Shown: one piece after another, positions 15,321 to 23,450 of the stretch
Numbering within the stretch: the first letter of the stretch is position 1
Layout of the letters: each line of letters starts with the position of its first letter
IMG/VR virus record: IMGVR_UViG_3300043640_000350
Span: 1-26,551 of that record
From: a virus
Taxonomy: Duplodnaviria; Caudoviricetes
Direction: 5' to 3' (one strand)
Length of the DNA stretch: 26,551 nucleotides
Notes under the pieces: model-generated
What the model saw: only the letters and a program-made list of their open reading frames with translations
Database searches by the model: none
Told to the model about the DNA's origin: nothing
Program-made: the position numbers and the translations under genes

Positions 15321-16609
15321 CCGAGAACATGGTCTGGTCTCCTGACGATGTCGTCTGGGAAACAGGCGACGTCATCAAGTTCAGCCCGGGGGCGGTTCAC
15401 GACAAACTGTCGGGTCACTATCCGGACAAGGTGCTGGGTTGGGTCAGGGACGCCAAATGGTCCAGCCCCGAGGACGTCCCGCTCAAGCAGATCGACATGG
15501 CGCGGCGTCCCGGCGGCCGAGACATGAAGAAGGTTCGCGGGATGGCGCGGGCCATCAAGGACGGCAAGAAGATGGACCCGATCTTCCTGGTCGAGACTCC
15601 AGGCGACGGTCCGTACGTGATTGCCGACGGATACCACCGGGCATTGGCCCATCAGCACGCCGGTAAACCGACCATCAGTGCCCACGTCGGCGTTGTCGAC
15701 GACGAGGACGGACCTTGGGACCGGGCGATGCACGACGCCAAGCTGAACAAGGTCGGGCCCAAGGGCTACGAGCACAATTGGGTATTCGTTGGCGTGCCTG
15801 GCGCTGGCGGCCGGGTGTTTCACCCCCACCACGGGCACGGCACAGTGAACGAACACCGAGGCGACTCGGTATCAGTTCATTTCGACTCGGGCCACAAGGC
15901 CGACTTCGCTGCTGGTCACGGCCACGGCGAACCGAAGCTGCAGCCCAGACCGGAGCATTTCGACGATAGTTCGTTCAGCACGGCTCCGAATTGGAAACGT
16001 GTGGAAATCCGGGGTGGCAAGCCAGGGAAGATGGTTTACCAGGCTGGTCAGCGCGTACCGGAGGGTCTACCGACCGAGCTGGTCACGGAGACTCGCCGGA
16101 TGACGTTCGGCGGTATCCATAGCCGGGTTTCCAAGATACTCAGGTCTGGCCGGGTTCCGACCGACGACGACACGACCACGATGAATACCGGTACGATCGC
16201 TGAGTACCCGGTGTCTCTGGGCGATGTGGTTCGCAAAATGGATCAGGCGATCGAGCGCGGCCAGTTGTCCGAGGATACCGAGCTTTGGCGTACGATGCAG
16301 CTCACAGGTACCGAGGTGGGCGAGTTTGTGCCCGGGTTCGAATACGGCGATTTGGCGTACACCTCGACGGCCATGCAACGTTCAGGGGCGCAGCTGGTGG
16401 CCGACGCCAAGCACAAACACCAGAAGAAGACCGGGACACTGGATCCGGGCAAACAATGGGCGATGTTTCGTATCCTGGCCCGAAAAGGCCAGCACGTCAC
16501 GTATGCGGACACCCACAACAAAATCCGGGAGATCATACTGCCCAGGGGGAGCAAATTCCGGGTGGTCGACGTGGCACAGGACGGGACGATATCGGTGGTG
16601 CTGTCGTGA
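15317..16609 (+). CDS. ParB/Srx-like domain fused to an ADP-ribosyltransferase-like domain
   Basis: DPIFLV...YVIADGYHRALA (ParB/Srx). LWRT, AYTST and IREIILPRGSKFRV (ART). GTGA overlap. Confidence 0.85.
   Translation: MTENMVWSPDDVVWETGDVIKFSPGAVHDKLSGHYPDKVLGWVRDAKWSSPEDVPLKQIDMARRPGGRDMKKVRGMARAIKDGKKMDPIFLVETPGDGPYVIADGYHRALAHQHAGKPTISAHVGVVDDEDGPWDRAMHDAKLNKVGPKGYEHNWVFVGVPGAGGRVFHPHHGHGTVNEHRGDSVSVHFDSGHKADFAAGHGHGEPKLQPRPEHFDDSSFSTAPNWKRVEIRGGKPGKMVYQAGQRVPEGLPTELVTETRRMTFGGIHSRVSKILRSGRVPTDDDTTTMNTGTIAEYPVSLGDVVRKMDQAIERGQLSEDTELWRTMQLTGTEVGEFVPGFEYGDLAYTSTAMQRSGAQLVADAKHKHQKKTGTLDPGKQWAMFRILARKGQHVTYADTHNKIREIILPRGSKFRVVDVAQDGTISVVLS
15749..15898 (+). repeat. Shared tag plus Tudor-like module, copy 3
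   Basis: KVGPKGYEHNWVFVGVPGAGGRVFHPHHGHGTVNEHRGDSVSVHFDSGHK. Confidence 0.95.
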
Positions 16610-18081
16610 ACGAAGAAGACCAGCGCATCCAGGCCGCGTCCGACCGACTGACCGGGCAGTTTTCGGACTTGGTAGAAATTGGCACGAAGGTTGAAAAAGT
16701 CGGACCAAAGGGATATATCCACGGTTGGATCTTCGTCGGACCGGAAGCCCCCGGGGGGCGGGTCTTCCACCACAGTCACGGTCACGGCACGGTGGCCAGC
16801 CACGATCGGCCCGAGGGCGGCGAGCACGGCCAGGTGCAGGTTCATTTCGACTCGGGCCACAAGGAGACGTACCGGGCCAGGTTCAAGCCGAGCAGCAAAC
16901 CACGCCTGTACGGGCCGGTCGAGCCGGACCAGCCAAAACCGAAACTGAAGCCCGCGCGTACCAAGCCCGGAGCGCCGGACGTACCGGACGCGCCAAAGCC
17001 CCCCGGAGGGCTGGAATACCAGGGCATGAAGGTATTCCAGGACGGCAAACGGATCGGGCTGGTGTTCGGCCCGGACAGCAAGGGCAAATTCCACTACCAG
17101 GACGAGGACGGCGCGAACGCCAGGCGCTTTGGCTCGTTCGACAAGGCTGCCCTGGCGTTGCAGGCCGCGAATAAAACCCGGGCAGAAGAACACCAGAAGG
17201 CCCTGGATGAGGCGGAACGTATAAAGCAGCAACACGATCACGCGTTGCTGCTGGCCGAGAAGCACATCTTTGGACCACGACGTGACGCGTTCACCAATGT
17301 GCGGTCCAAGTCGGCCACTCAGGCGGCCAAGATAAAAGCGCGCAGAAAGCGCATCGTCGACATGTACGGAAAGAACCTGAAGATTCACGAGGATCCAGGC
17401 ACCTCCGTGGTCGACAAGCACATGAGAGAGTTTTTCTCGATTCCCGAGTCGCACCACAAGATCATTGCCGCTCAGGGATACCGGATCGACGTCGGAACCG
17501 AGACCGTGGAGGACTATCACCCCGAGCTGGCAGGGGCAAAACCCGGTGGATACACCGAGGGCACTTCCTTCCGGGACAGCGCTGGGGCGCATCAATCGGG
17601 ATCCAGTACCACCCAGCCCTGGATGGTCTTCGGGAACACGGTGGGGCATGGCAGCCATGCGATGGTGCCGCACGAATTGGGCCACGCGCTCGATGCTTCA
17701 CTGGGGAGCGACGGTTCCTATTTCTCAGACCAGCGCCAATCGCCCTGGGGCGGGGGGTTCATGTCGTACTTCAACGGTTTGAACGATTACGACAAGGAAA
17801 AACTGGCTGGCAGTTTCCAGGATTTCAGTGATCCGACAAACAGTTCGTACATTCCGTTGGCGCCGTATTATCGGGACACGACCCATGGCGGTCACGGCAA
17901 CGGAAATGTGGAAATGTTCGCGGAGGCATACAGCGCGTATGTCACCTCGCCCAAGCCCAAACGAGCCGAGGCCGTCAGCCGGACGCTCAAGAGCGGCGTG
18001 TTCGATGGCGATGATCACGTGGGGAAGATGCTGACCGAGTACTTCGATGACCTGACTGAATGGCTGGAGGCCAACGGATGA
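16606..18081 (+). CDS. Tagged protein with C-terminal HExxH zinc metallopeptidase (491 aa)
   Basis: GTGA overlap at 16606. VPHELGHALD (His codons at 17671 and 17683) and EMFAEAY (17911) give the lethal-factor-like zincin pattern. Confidence 0.85.
   Translation: MNEEDQRIQAASDRLTGQFSDLVEIGTKVEKVGPKGYIHGWIFVGPEAPGGRVFHHSHGHGTVASHDRPEGGEHGQVQVHFDSGHKETYRARFKPSSKPRLYGPVEPDQPKPKLKPARTKPGAPDVPDAPKPPGGLEYQGMKVFQDGKRIGLVFGPDSKGKFHYQDEDGANARRFGSFDKAALALQAANKTRAEEHQKALDEAERIKQQHDHALLLAEKHIFGPRRDAFTNVRSKSATQAAKIKARRKRIVDMYGKNLKIHEDPGTSVVDKHMREFFSIPESHHKIIAAQGYRIDVGTETVEDYHPELAGAKPGGYTEGTSFRDSAGAHQSGSSTTQPWMVFGNTVGHGSHAMVPHELGHALDASLGSDGSYFSDQRQSPWGGGFMSYFNGLNDYDKEKLAGSFQDFSDPTNSSYIPLAPYYRDTTHGGHGNGNVEMFAEAYSAYVTSPKPKRAEAVSRTLKSGVFDGDDHVGKMLTEYFDDLTEWLEANG
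16696..16863 (+). repeat. Shared tag plus Tudor-like module, copy 4
   Basis: KVGPKGYIHGWIFVGPEAPGGRVFHHSHGHGTVASHDRPEGGEHGQVQVHFDSGHK. Confidence 0.95.
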
Positions 18082-18251
18082 GGCCCACCAAGAACCCGGA
18101 CGGCAGCCTCACTGTGCCAGCCGCGATGTACAGCCCCGATGGGCTGACCCAGGGCGACGGCGTGGTCACGCTGAACCCGGGCGACGAAATGTACGACTCC
18201 TGGTCCGAGTGGATCCAGATTCGTGACCGGCACGCTCCCAAGGGGGACTGA
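18078..18251 (+). CDS. 57-aa hypothetical protein coupled to the peptidase gene
   Basis: ATGA overlap and GGAGG RBS. Confidence 0.7.
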   Translation: MRPTKNPDGSLTVPAAMYSPDGLTQGDGVVTLNPGDEMYDSWSEWIQIRDRHAPKGD

Positions 18252-18254
18252 CCG

Positions 18255-18632
18255 ATGCCAGTCGGTATTCTCACTTTGCCGTGGGACCTGAAACTGCCAC
18301 GAGGTGGCCAGCAGAGCATCAAGTTTGCCATGAAGCTGGCCAACGGAATCGCGCCGTATCCGGTCGTGGGCAAATCGTTCAAATACGTCATTCGGACCGA
18401 CCCGACCGAGGACGGTGTTCCTCTGGTCGGTATAACCGAGGCGCTGACCTCGCAAGGACAGCTCACCGTCGATACGGTGAAATCGACGGTCACCATGTCG
18501 ATCTTGGCAGCCGCGACGGCCGACCTGACCCCCGGGGTTTATTACCACGCCTTGTGGATGGACCCCCTGATGTCTACCCAGTTCGACTGGTTCGTCGGTA
18601 AGTTCATCCTCGAACCCGCTTCACAGCCATAA
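18255..18632 (+). CDS. Beta-sandwich virion adaptor-like protein (putative)
   Basis: AAGGGGGA RBS; TADLTPGVYYHAL...GKFILEP pattern resembles BppU-N-like proteins. Confidence 0.55.
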   Translation: MPVGILTLPWDLKLPRGGQQSIKFAMKLANGIAPYPVVGKSFKYVIRTDPTEDGVPLVGITEALTSQGQLTVDTVKSTVTMSILAAATADLTPGVYYHALWMDPLMSTQFDWFVGKFILEPASQP

Positions 18633-18642
18633 AGGAGCTGAC

Positions 18643-19263
18643 ATGCCGTTCTCCACCCTCGGTCTGAACAAGATGCTGGAGGGTCTGGAAGTCGCCACTT
18701 CCATGATCGCGTTCGCCAGCCTCCACACTTCGTACAGTGCCACCGGCACGCCCGGCGAGCTTACCGGCGGGTCGCCTGCGTACGCTCGTAAGGCGATCAC
18801 CTGGGCCACGGCCTCGACCGGTTCCAAGGCCGCGAACGGCACGCTGCCCACTTTCGACATTCCGCCGTCCACCACGGTCGCGTTCGTCGGCTTGTGGAGC
18901 CTGGTTACGGGCGGCACGTTCGCCGGGATGGGCGCCAACGGCGGTGCCACCCAGTTCGCGTTCACCTGTACGCTGGCCAGCCCTGGCAGTTTCACCGCTC
19001 CGGGCAGTTCCTACTCAGTGAATGACACGGTCGTGTTGTTCCCCGGTGTGGGGGCGACACTGCCGACCGGAACCACGGCGGGCACGGTTTACTACGTCGG
19101 CACCGTAACGGGAGCCGTGTTCACCCTGTCCACCACTTTGGCCAACGCCAACCCGGTGAATACCAGCACAGTCGGTGCCGGAATCGTTCAGAAGGTCACC
19201 ACCGAGACGTTCAACGCCCAGGGCACGTTCACGCTGTCCGCCGATACCCTGACCGTCGTCTGA
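18643..19263 (+). CDS. Virion structural protein (fibre/decoration-associated)
   Basis: AAAGGAG RBS; T/G/A-rich; ASLHT..G..GE.TGG..YARK..W pattern seen in phage fibre-associated proteins. Confidence 0.65.
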   Translation: MPFSTLGLNKMLEGLEVATSMIAFASLHTSYSATGTPGELTGGSPAYARKAITWATASTGSKAANGTLPTFDIPPSTTVAFVGLWSLVTGGTFAGMGANGGATQFAFTCTLASPGSFTAPGSSYSVNDTVVLFPGVGATLPTGTTAGTVYYVGTVTGAVFTLSTTLANANPVNTSTVGAGIVQKVTTETFNAQGTFTLSADTLTVV

Positions 19264-19267
19264 TCCG

Positions 19268-21313
19268 GTGGCCGTAGCCCTCGTCGGGACCAGTAGCGGC
19301 TCAGCCAGCGCAACATCGGCTACCATCCCGTGGGGGGTGACCCCTCCGGGTGGGGGGTCGCCAGTAAACCCGTCCGCTGGCGACCTCGCTGTTCTGTTCT
19401 GGGAGCATCTCAGTACCGACACACCGACCGACCCGACTGGATTCACGCTAAAGGACAGCACCAATACTCCAGCAGGGTCGGGCACCACCCGGTTCCTTAT
19501 CAAAGTTTGTACCGGTAGTGAGACCGGCAACATCACCATCGCCAGCAGCACGGCGAACAAGCTCACCGGGGCCTTGCTGTTGTTCAACGGCGTCGACGGA
19601 ACCACCCCCATCGACGGGTTCAACAGCCGTGCCGCAACGGCCAGCGGCACGGCCTGGCCCTGCGTGGGCGTGGTCACCACAGTGGCGAACTGTGCAGCGG
19701 TATCGGCGTCGATGTCCCGGGTCACTACTGGGCCGACCACCATGACCACTGTCGCTCCATTCACCCGACAGGAGACCACGGTCGGGTGGATCGCCGGTGG
19801 TGGCGCCACTCAGGTCTCAGCGGCGACCAACCTCACCCCGTATTCGTCCGGTGCCACAGTCACCCCGCCGAACTGGACCTCAAACCTTTCCACCAACGCG
19901 TACGTGACCTGGACCGTCACGATCCGGCCCAGCAGCGCACCCGCGTTCAGCGACCCCAGCGCTGTCCGGGCCACCGGCTCGATGAGCCCGATCGGAGCCA
20001 AAGGGGGAGTAAATTCGAGCGCCGTCCGAGGCACGGCCTCGACGGTTCCAGCAGGCAAAAAGACCGGAATCACCACCAACGCGATTCGGGCCACCGGAGC
20101 GACGGCGGCCACCGGCCGGAAGGTGGCCAGCAACTCGACCACCATTCAGGGAACCGGAACCGACTCGCCGAACGGGGTAAAGAAAGCGTCCGGTTCTGGT
20201 CGCACGTCGGCCACCAGTTCGGCTACGGCGAGCGCCGGTCCGGCGGGCCATACGGGCACGTCGGCCATCCGAGGCACGAGTAACAACGTCCCGCAGGGAC
20301 GGAAGGCCGCACAGACGGCCGTCGTGACCACGGGGACGGCCTCGGACGTTCCCAGGGGGTCCAAGGCCACATCCGGGTCTTCCCGCGTCCTCGGAGGCAC
20401 GAGGATGGCCTCCGCCGGTGCCAAGATCGCGACCGGTTCCAGCGCCGTCCGAACCTCTGGTTCGGTGTTCCCAGTCGGAAATCGCGGGGCAACCGGGACT
20501 TCCCGCATCGCGGGCGGTGCCACGCTGCTGGCGACTGCTGTCCGGCGGGCGTCCGGTCTGGTGGTGGTGACCGGCACTGGCCGGATATCGCCGTCTCAGC
20601 AGAACGCGGTGCAGGGTCTGGCGCAGATCCTGGCCACCGGAACGCTTGCCCCGTCCGGAATCCGCCATGCGTTCGGTTCGTCCTCGATTTCGGCTGGCGG
20701 GCTGCTGGTCGTCCAGACGGTTCACGGTGCGGTCGGCTCGGCCCGGCTGGCAGCAGGTGGCGCGCTGCGGTCGACCGGATTGCATACCGCCGTCGGGTCT
20801 GGTCGGATAGTTGCTGGATCTCTCGACTCCGCATCGGGTAGCAAGAGCGTCACGGCTCTGTCGACTATCCGCGCTGCTGGGCTGATCCACTCGGCCGGTT
20901 CCCGAAATGCCATCGGCGTGGTTGTCACTGAGGGGACCGGCCGAGCTGTGTCCGCCGGGTTGAAGCGGGCCAGCGGCGCGACCCGGCTGCTGACACAAGG
21001 AACGCTGACAAGCGCTGGCTCCCGGGCGGTATTTGGACTGTCCCGGATAACCGCGTCCGGCTTGATGGTCATCACCACCTTCAACCCAGCCGATCTGATC
21101 CAGCCCCTGATCGTATTGACCATCGCTCACGGGGACGATGGTGGTTCGTGGCTGGCTGGCCGGGAGAACTTCCTGCTGATGGCCGTCCCCCTGGAGGTCG
21201 GTATGTCTTACAGTTCACCGGACGACATCTATCCGCCCCGGGCGATTGAGACCGAGGACGAAGTCATCCTGATCTATCTTGAGCCCACCATCGTCCTTAC
21301 CCGGGGCGGCTGA
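19268..21313 (+). CDS. Fibre-like virion protein with ~19-aa repeats
   Basis: N-terminal ~220-aa beta-rich domain, then many degenerate G-x-S-x-[IV]-x-[AG]-[TG]-G-x5-G-x-[KR] repeats. Confidence 0.65.
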   Translation: MAVALVGTSSGSASATSATIPWGVTPPGGGSPVNPSAGDLAVLFWEHLSTDTPTDPTGFTLKDSTNTPAGSGTTRFLIKVCTGSETGNITIASSTANKLTGALLLFNGVDGTTPIDGFNSRAATASGTAWPCVGVVTTVANCAAVSASMSRVTTGPTTMTTVAPFTRQETTVGWIAGGGATQVSAATNLTPYSSGATVTPPNWTSNLSTNAYVTWTVTIRPSSAPAFSDPSAVRATGSMSPIGAKGGVNSSAVRGTASTVPAGKKTGITTNAIRATGATAATGRKVASNSTTIQGTGTDSPNGVKKASGSGRTSATSSATASAGPAGHTGTSAIRGTSNNVPQGRKAAQTAVVTTGTASDVPRGSKATSGSSRVLGGTRMASAGAKIATGSSAVRTSGSVFPVGNRGATGTSRIAGGATLLATAVRRASGLVVVTGTGRISPSQQNAVQGLAQILATGTLAPSGIRHAFGSSSISAGGLLVVQTVHGAVGSARLAAGGALRSTGLHTAVGSGRIVAGSLDSASGSKSVTALSTIRAAGLIHSAGSRNAIGVVVTEGTGRAVSAGLKRASGATRLLTQGTLTSAGSRAVFGLSRITASGLMVITTFNPADLIQPLIVLTIAHGDDGGSWLAGRENFLLMAVPLEVGMSYSSPDDIYPPRAIETEDEVILIYLEPTIVLTRGG

Positions 21314-21337
21314 TCGCGCCAGGAGGTTTCCGTCATG

Positions 21338-21343
21338 TACAAT
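21338..21343 (+). promoter_or_regulatory. Possible -10 element upstream of the protease/capsid genes
   Basis: TACAAT in the 56-bp gap, same hexamer as the terS promoter. No clear -35. Confidence 0.35.
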
Positions 21344-21369
21344 ACCACTCAGGGAAAGGGGGACTTCTG

Positions 21370-23418
21370 ATGGCGACCACTGTGGACGGAGTCCAGAGCA
21401 CGGCCACCTTCAGTTTCCCCATCACCCGCAAGGAATACACCCCGGACGGGGACTTGCTGGTATTCGGCAAGGCGACAGATGGCACAGTCGACTCCGACAA
21501 CCAGATCGTCGACCCCGAATGGTCCGGCAAGGCCCTACAGGAGTGGCTCGCCACGGGCGGCAATGTCCGGGTCCAGCACAGCCCCCACCTTTATCCGGCG
21601 GGTAAAGGCGTAGAGGTCGTTGTTGGCAAGGACGGCGCCCATTGGGTCCGTTCCATGATCGTCGAGTCCACGGCCAAGAACCTGGTCGAAAAGGGTGTTC
21701 TGACCTCCTACTCGGTCGGTATCGCTCGCCCCCAGATCGTGCGTTCTTATGAGGCTCCGGGCGGCAAGATCGTCGGTGGGATCATCGCCGAGTTGTCCCT
21801 GGTCGACCGGCCAGCAAACAAAAACTGCGCGTTTGAACTTTGCAAGTCCGCTGTCGACGGCCAGATCGAGTTCGTCGGCAAGATGCACACGTTCACCGAG
21901 ATCGACGGCCAGAAATCCGAGGACGGTATGCCGACTTTCACCCCCAAAGACCTGGCCAACGTGGTCAACAAGCGAGAAGCAGCCGCCGACCTGTCCAAGG
22001 GAGCGAAGGATTGCCCCAACTGCGGATCCAGCTTCGACGCGGACAGCAGCTTGCGCTCCTGCTCCGATTGCGGAACCAAGCTGCCCAAGGGCGACAAGGC
22101 AGCCGACGCCGATCTGGAAGAGCGCGAGGACGCCGACCTCGAAAAGGGCAGCATGCCCCCACAGTTCGCGGCGAACGCCAAGAAGAAGACCGACGGCGAC
22201 GAGGAAGACGACGACTCCGAATCGTCCGACTCGGACAAACCCGCATTCCTGACGGGAAAGTCGGCTCAGCCCACCGACGGCGTAAAGGCCAAGGACAGCA
22301 AGCCCCTGCCGCGTCACCGCGAGCCGGATGGCGGCCAGGTGGCAGCACTGGAGAGCGACGCGGGTCTGGGCACCGAGGGCGAAGGTGCCAGCGACGGGCT
22401 GCCCAACGGCATTTGGTCCGAAAACCGTGGATCCAACACCCCGGACACGATGAAGTCCGCCAGCTACTCGGTGAACCGACTGCACGATGCCCTGTGCTCG
22501 GCGTACCACATCGACGACATCATGGGCGAATACCCCACGATGAAGGGCCTTGTAGGCGCCATGAACGACGCCTGGGCCGACCTGGACACTGAGACCCGCC
22601 AGATCGTCAAGGGCGTCGGTGAGGCCGCCAGCATGGACGGTACCAACACCGACACGATGATCCTGGACGAGGCACGGGCGACCCTGTCCAAGTCGTTCGG
22701 CGAGATGTATCCGAACGTGCACGTCACGCCCGGCAAGATCACTGCCGGGCAGTTCACCCGGCCGTACCTGTCGGCGGGCCACCCCCAGCTCTCCATCCAG
22801 GGTCCGGCTCACATGCCGGGACCGGGCGACGCCAGCTTCGGGTCGACCCAGACGATGCGGGACGCCAGCCAGTTCAACCGGTCCAACATCACCGCCGGGC
22901 ACGCCTCGACCAGCCCCGGTTCGGCCGGTAACAACGGCAACTCGATCCCCGGATCCCGTCCGGCGGGTCCCCGGCTGGCGGCGGCGGCCAAGGCACAGGC
23001 CGCGAACGCGATGCGGGTACTGCACGACCACCTGGCTGCCAATCACCCGTACCTTTGCCCGATGTCCCCGGGCACTCCCGCACAGATCGGCGCAGTGGCC
23101 AAGGCCAGCACCACGGCGGAGACGGCCGAACTGCGCGGTCTGGTGGAGAAGCAGGCGGGCGAACTCAGCGAACTTCGGGCGATGGTCGACCAGCTCGGCT
23201 CTCAGCCCGACCCAAACGTCGCTCCCCATCGGGGAGTGGTCACCAAATCCGCCTCTGGTGGAACCGGGCCAGCGGACCGGCGGTCCCTGGTCGAAGAGGC
23301 ACTGACAGCAGAAGATCGGGAACGGGCGAAGTTCTACGGAGCTATCGCCGCGAGTGGAGATGCCGGGTTGCGGGAAGCAGCACAGCGAGTTCTCCGTAAC
23401 CAGACACCCACGAACTGA
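21370..23418 (+). CDS. HK97-type prohead protease fused to a scaffold-like region
   Basis: VDSDNQIVD, VRVQH, YSVG and ELSLVDRPAN motifs; then a CxxC..CxxC ribbon, acidic low-complexity sequence and a C-terminal coiled coil. Lies directly before the capsid gene. Confidence 0.88.
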   Translation: MATTVDGVQSTATFSFPITRKEYTPDGDLLVFGKATDGTVDSDNQIVDPEWSGKALQEWLATGGNVRVQHSPHLYPAGKGVEVVVGKDGAHWVRSMIVESTAKNLVEKGVLTSYSVGIARPQIVRSYEAPGGKIVGGIIAELSLVDRPANKNCAFELCKSAVDGQIEFVGKMHTFTEIDGQKSEDGMPTFTPKDLANVVNKREAAADLSKGAKDCPNCGSSFDADSSLRSCSDCGTKLPKGDKAADADLEEREDADLEKGSMPPQFAANAKKKTDGDEEDDDSESSDSDKPAFLTGKSAQPTDGVKAKDSKPLPRHREPDGGQVAALESDAGLGTEGEGASDGLPNGIWSENRGSNTPDTMKSASYSVNRLHDALCSAYHIDDIMGEYPTMKGLVGAMNDAWADLDTETRQIVKGVGEAASMDGTNTDTMILDEARATLSKSFGEMYPNVHVTPGKITAGQFTRPYLSAGHPQLSIQGPAHMPGPGDASFGSTQTMRDASQFNRSNITAGHASTSPGSAGNNGNSIPGSRPAGPRLAAAAKAQAANAMRVLHDHLAANHPYLCPMSPGTPAQIGAVAKASTTAETAELRGLVEKQAGELSELRAMVDQLGSQPDPNVAPHRGVVTKSASGGTGPADRRSLVEEALTAEDRERAKFYGAIAASGDAGLREAAQRVLRNQTPTN

Positions 23419-23450
23419 ACCAGACCAACAGGTTTCACCAGGAAGGTGGC

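Noticed and set aside
16285-16605. ORF-track N-terminal extension of the peptidase gene
   Set aside because: Overlaps the ART domain of the upstream gene in another frame; the GTGA overlap at 16606 matches the coupling of neighbouring genes.
12349-16863. Tag repeats as a CRISPR array, DGR template/variable repeats or inteins
   Set aside because: Repeats are kilobases apart and conserved as peptide with synonymous changes, not adenine-specific ones. No reverse transcriptase, cas gene or intein terminal motifs in the window.
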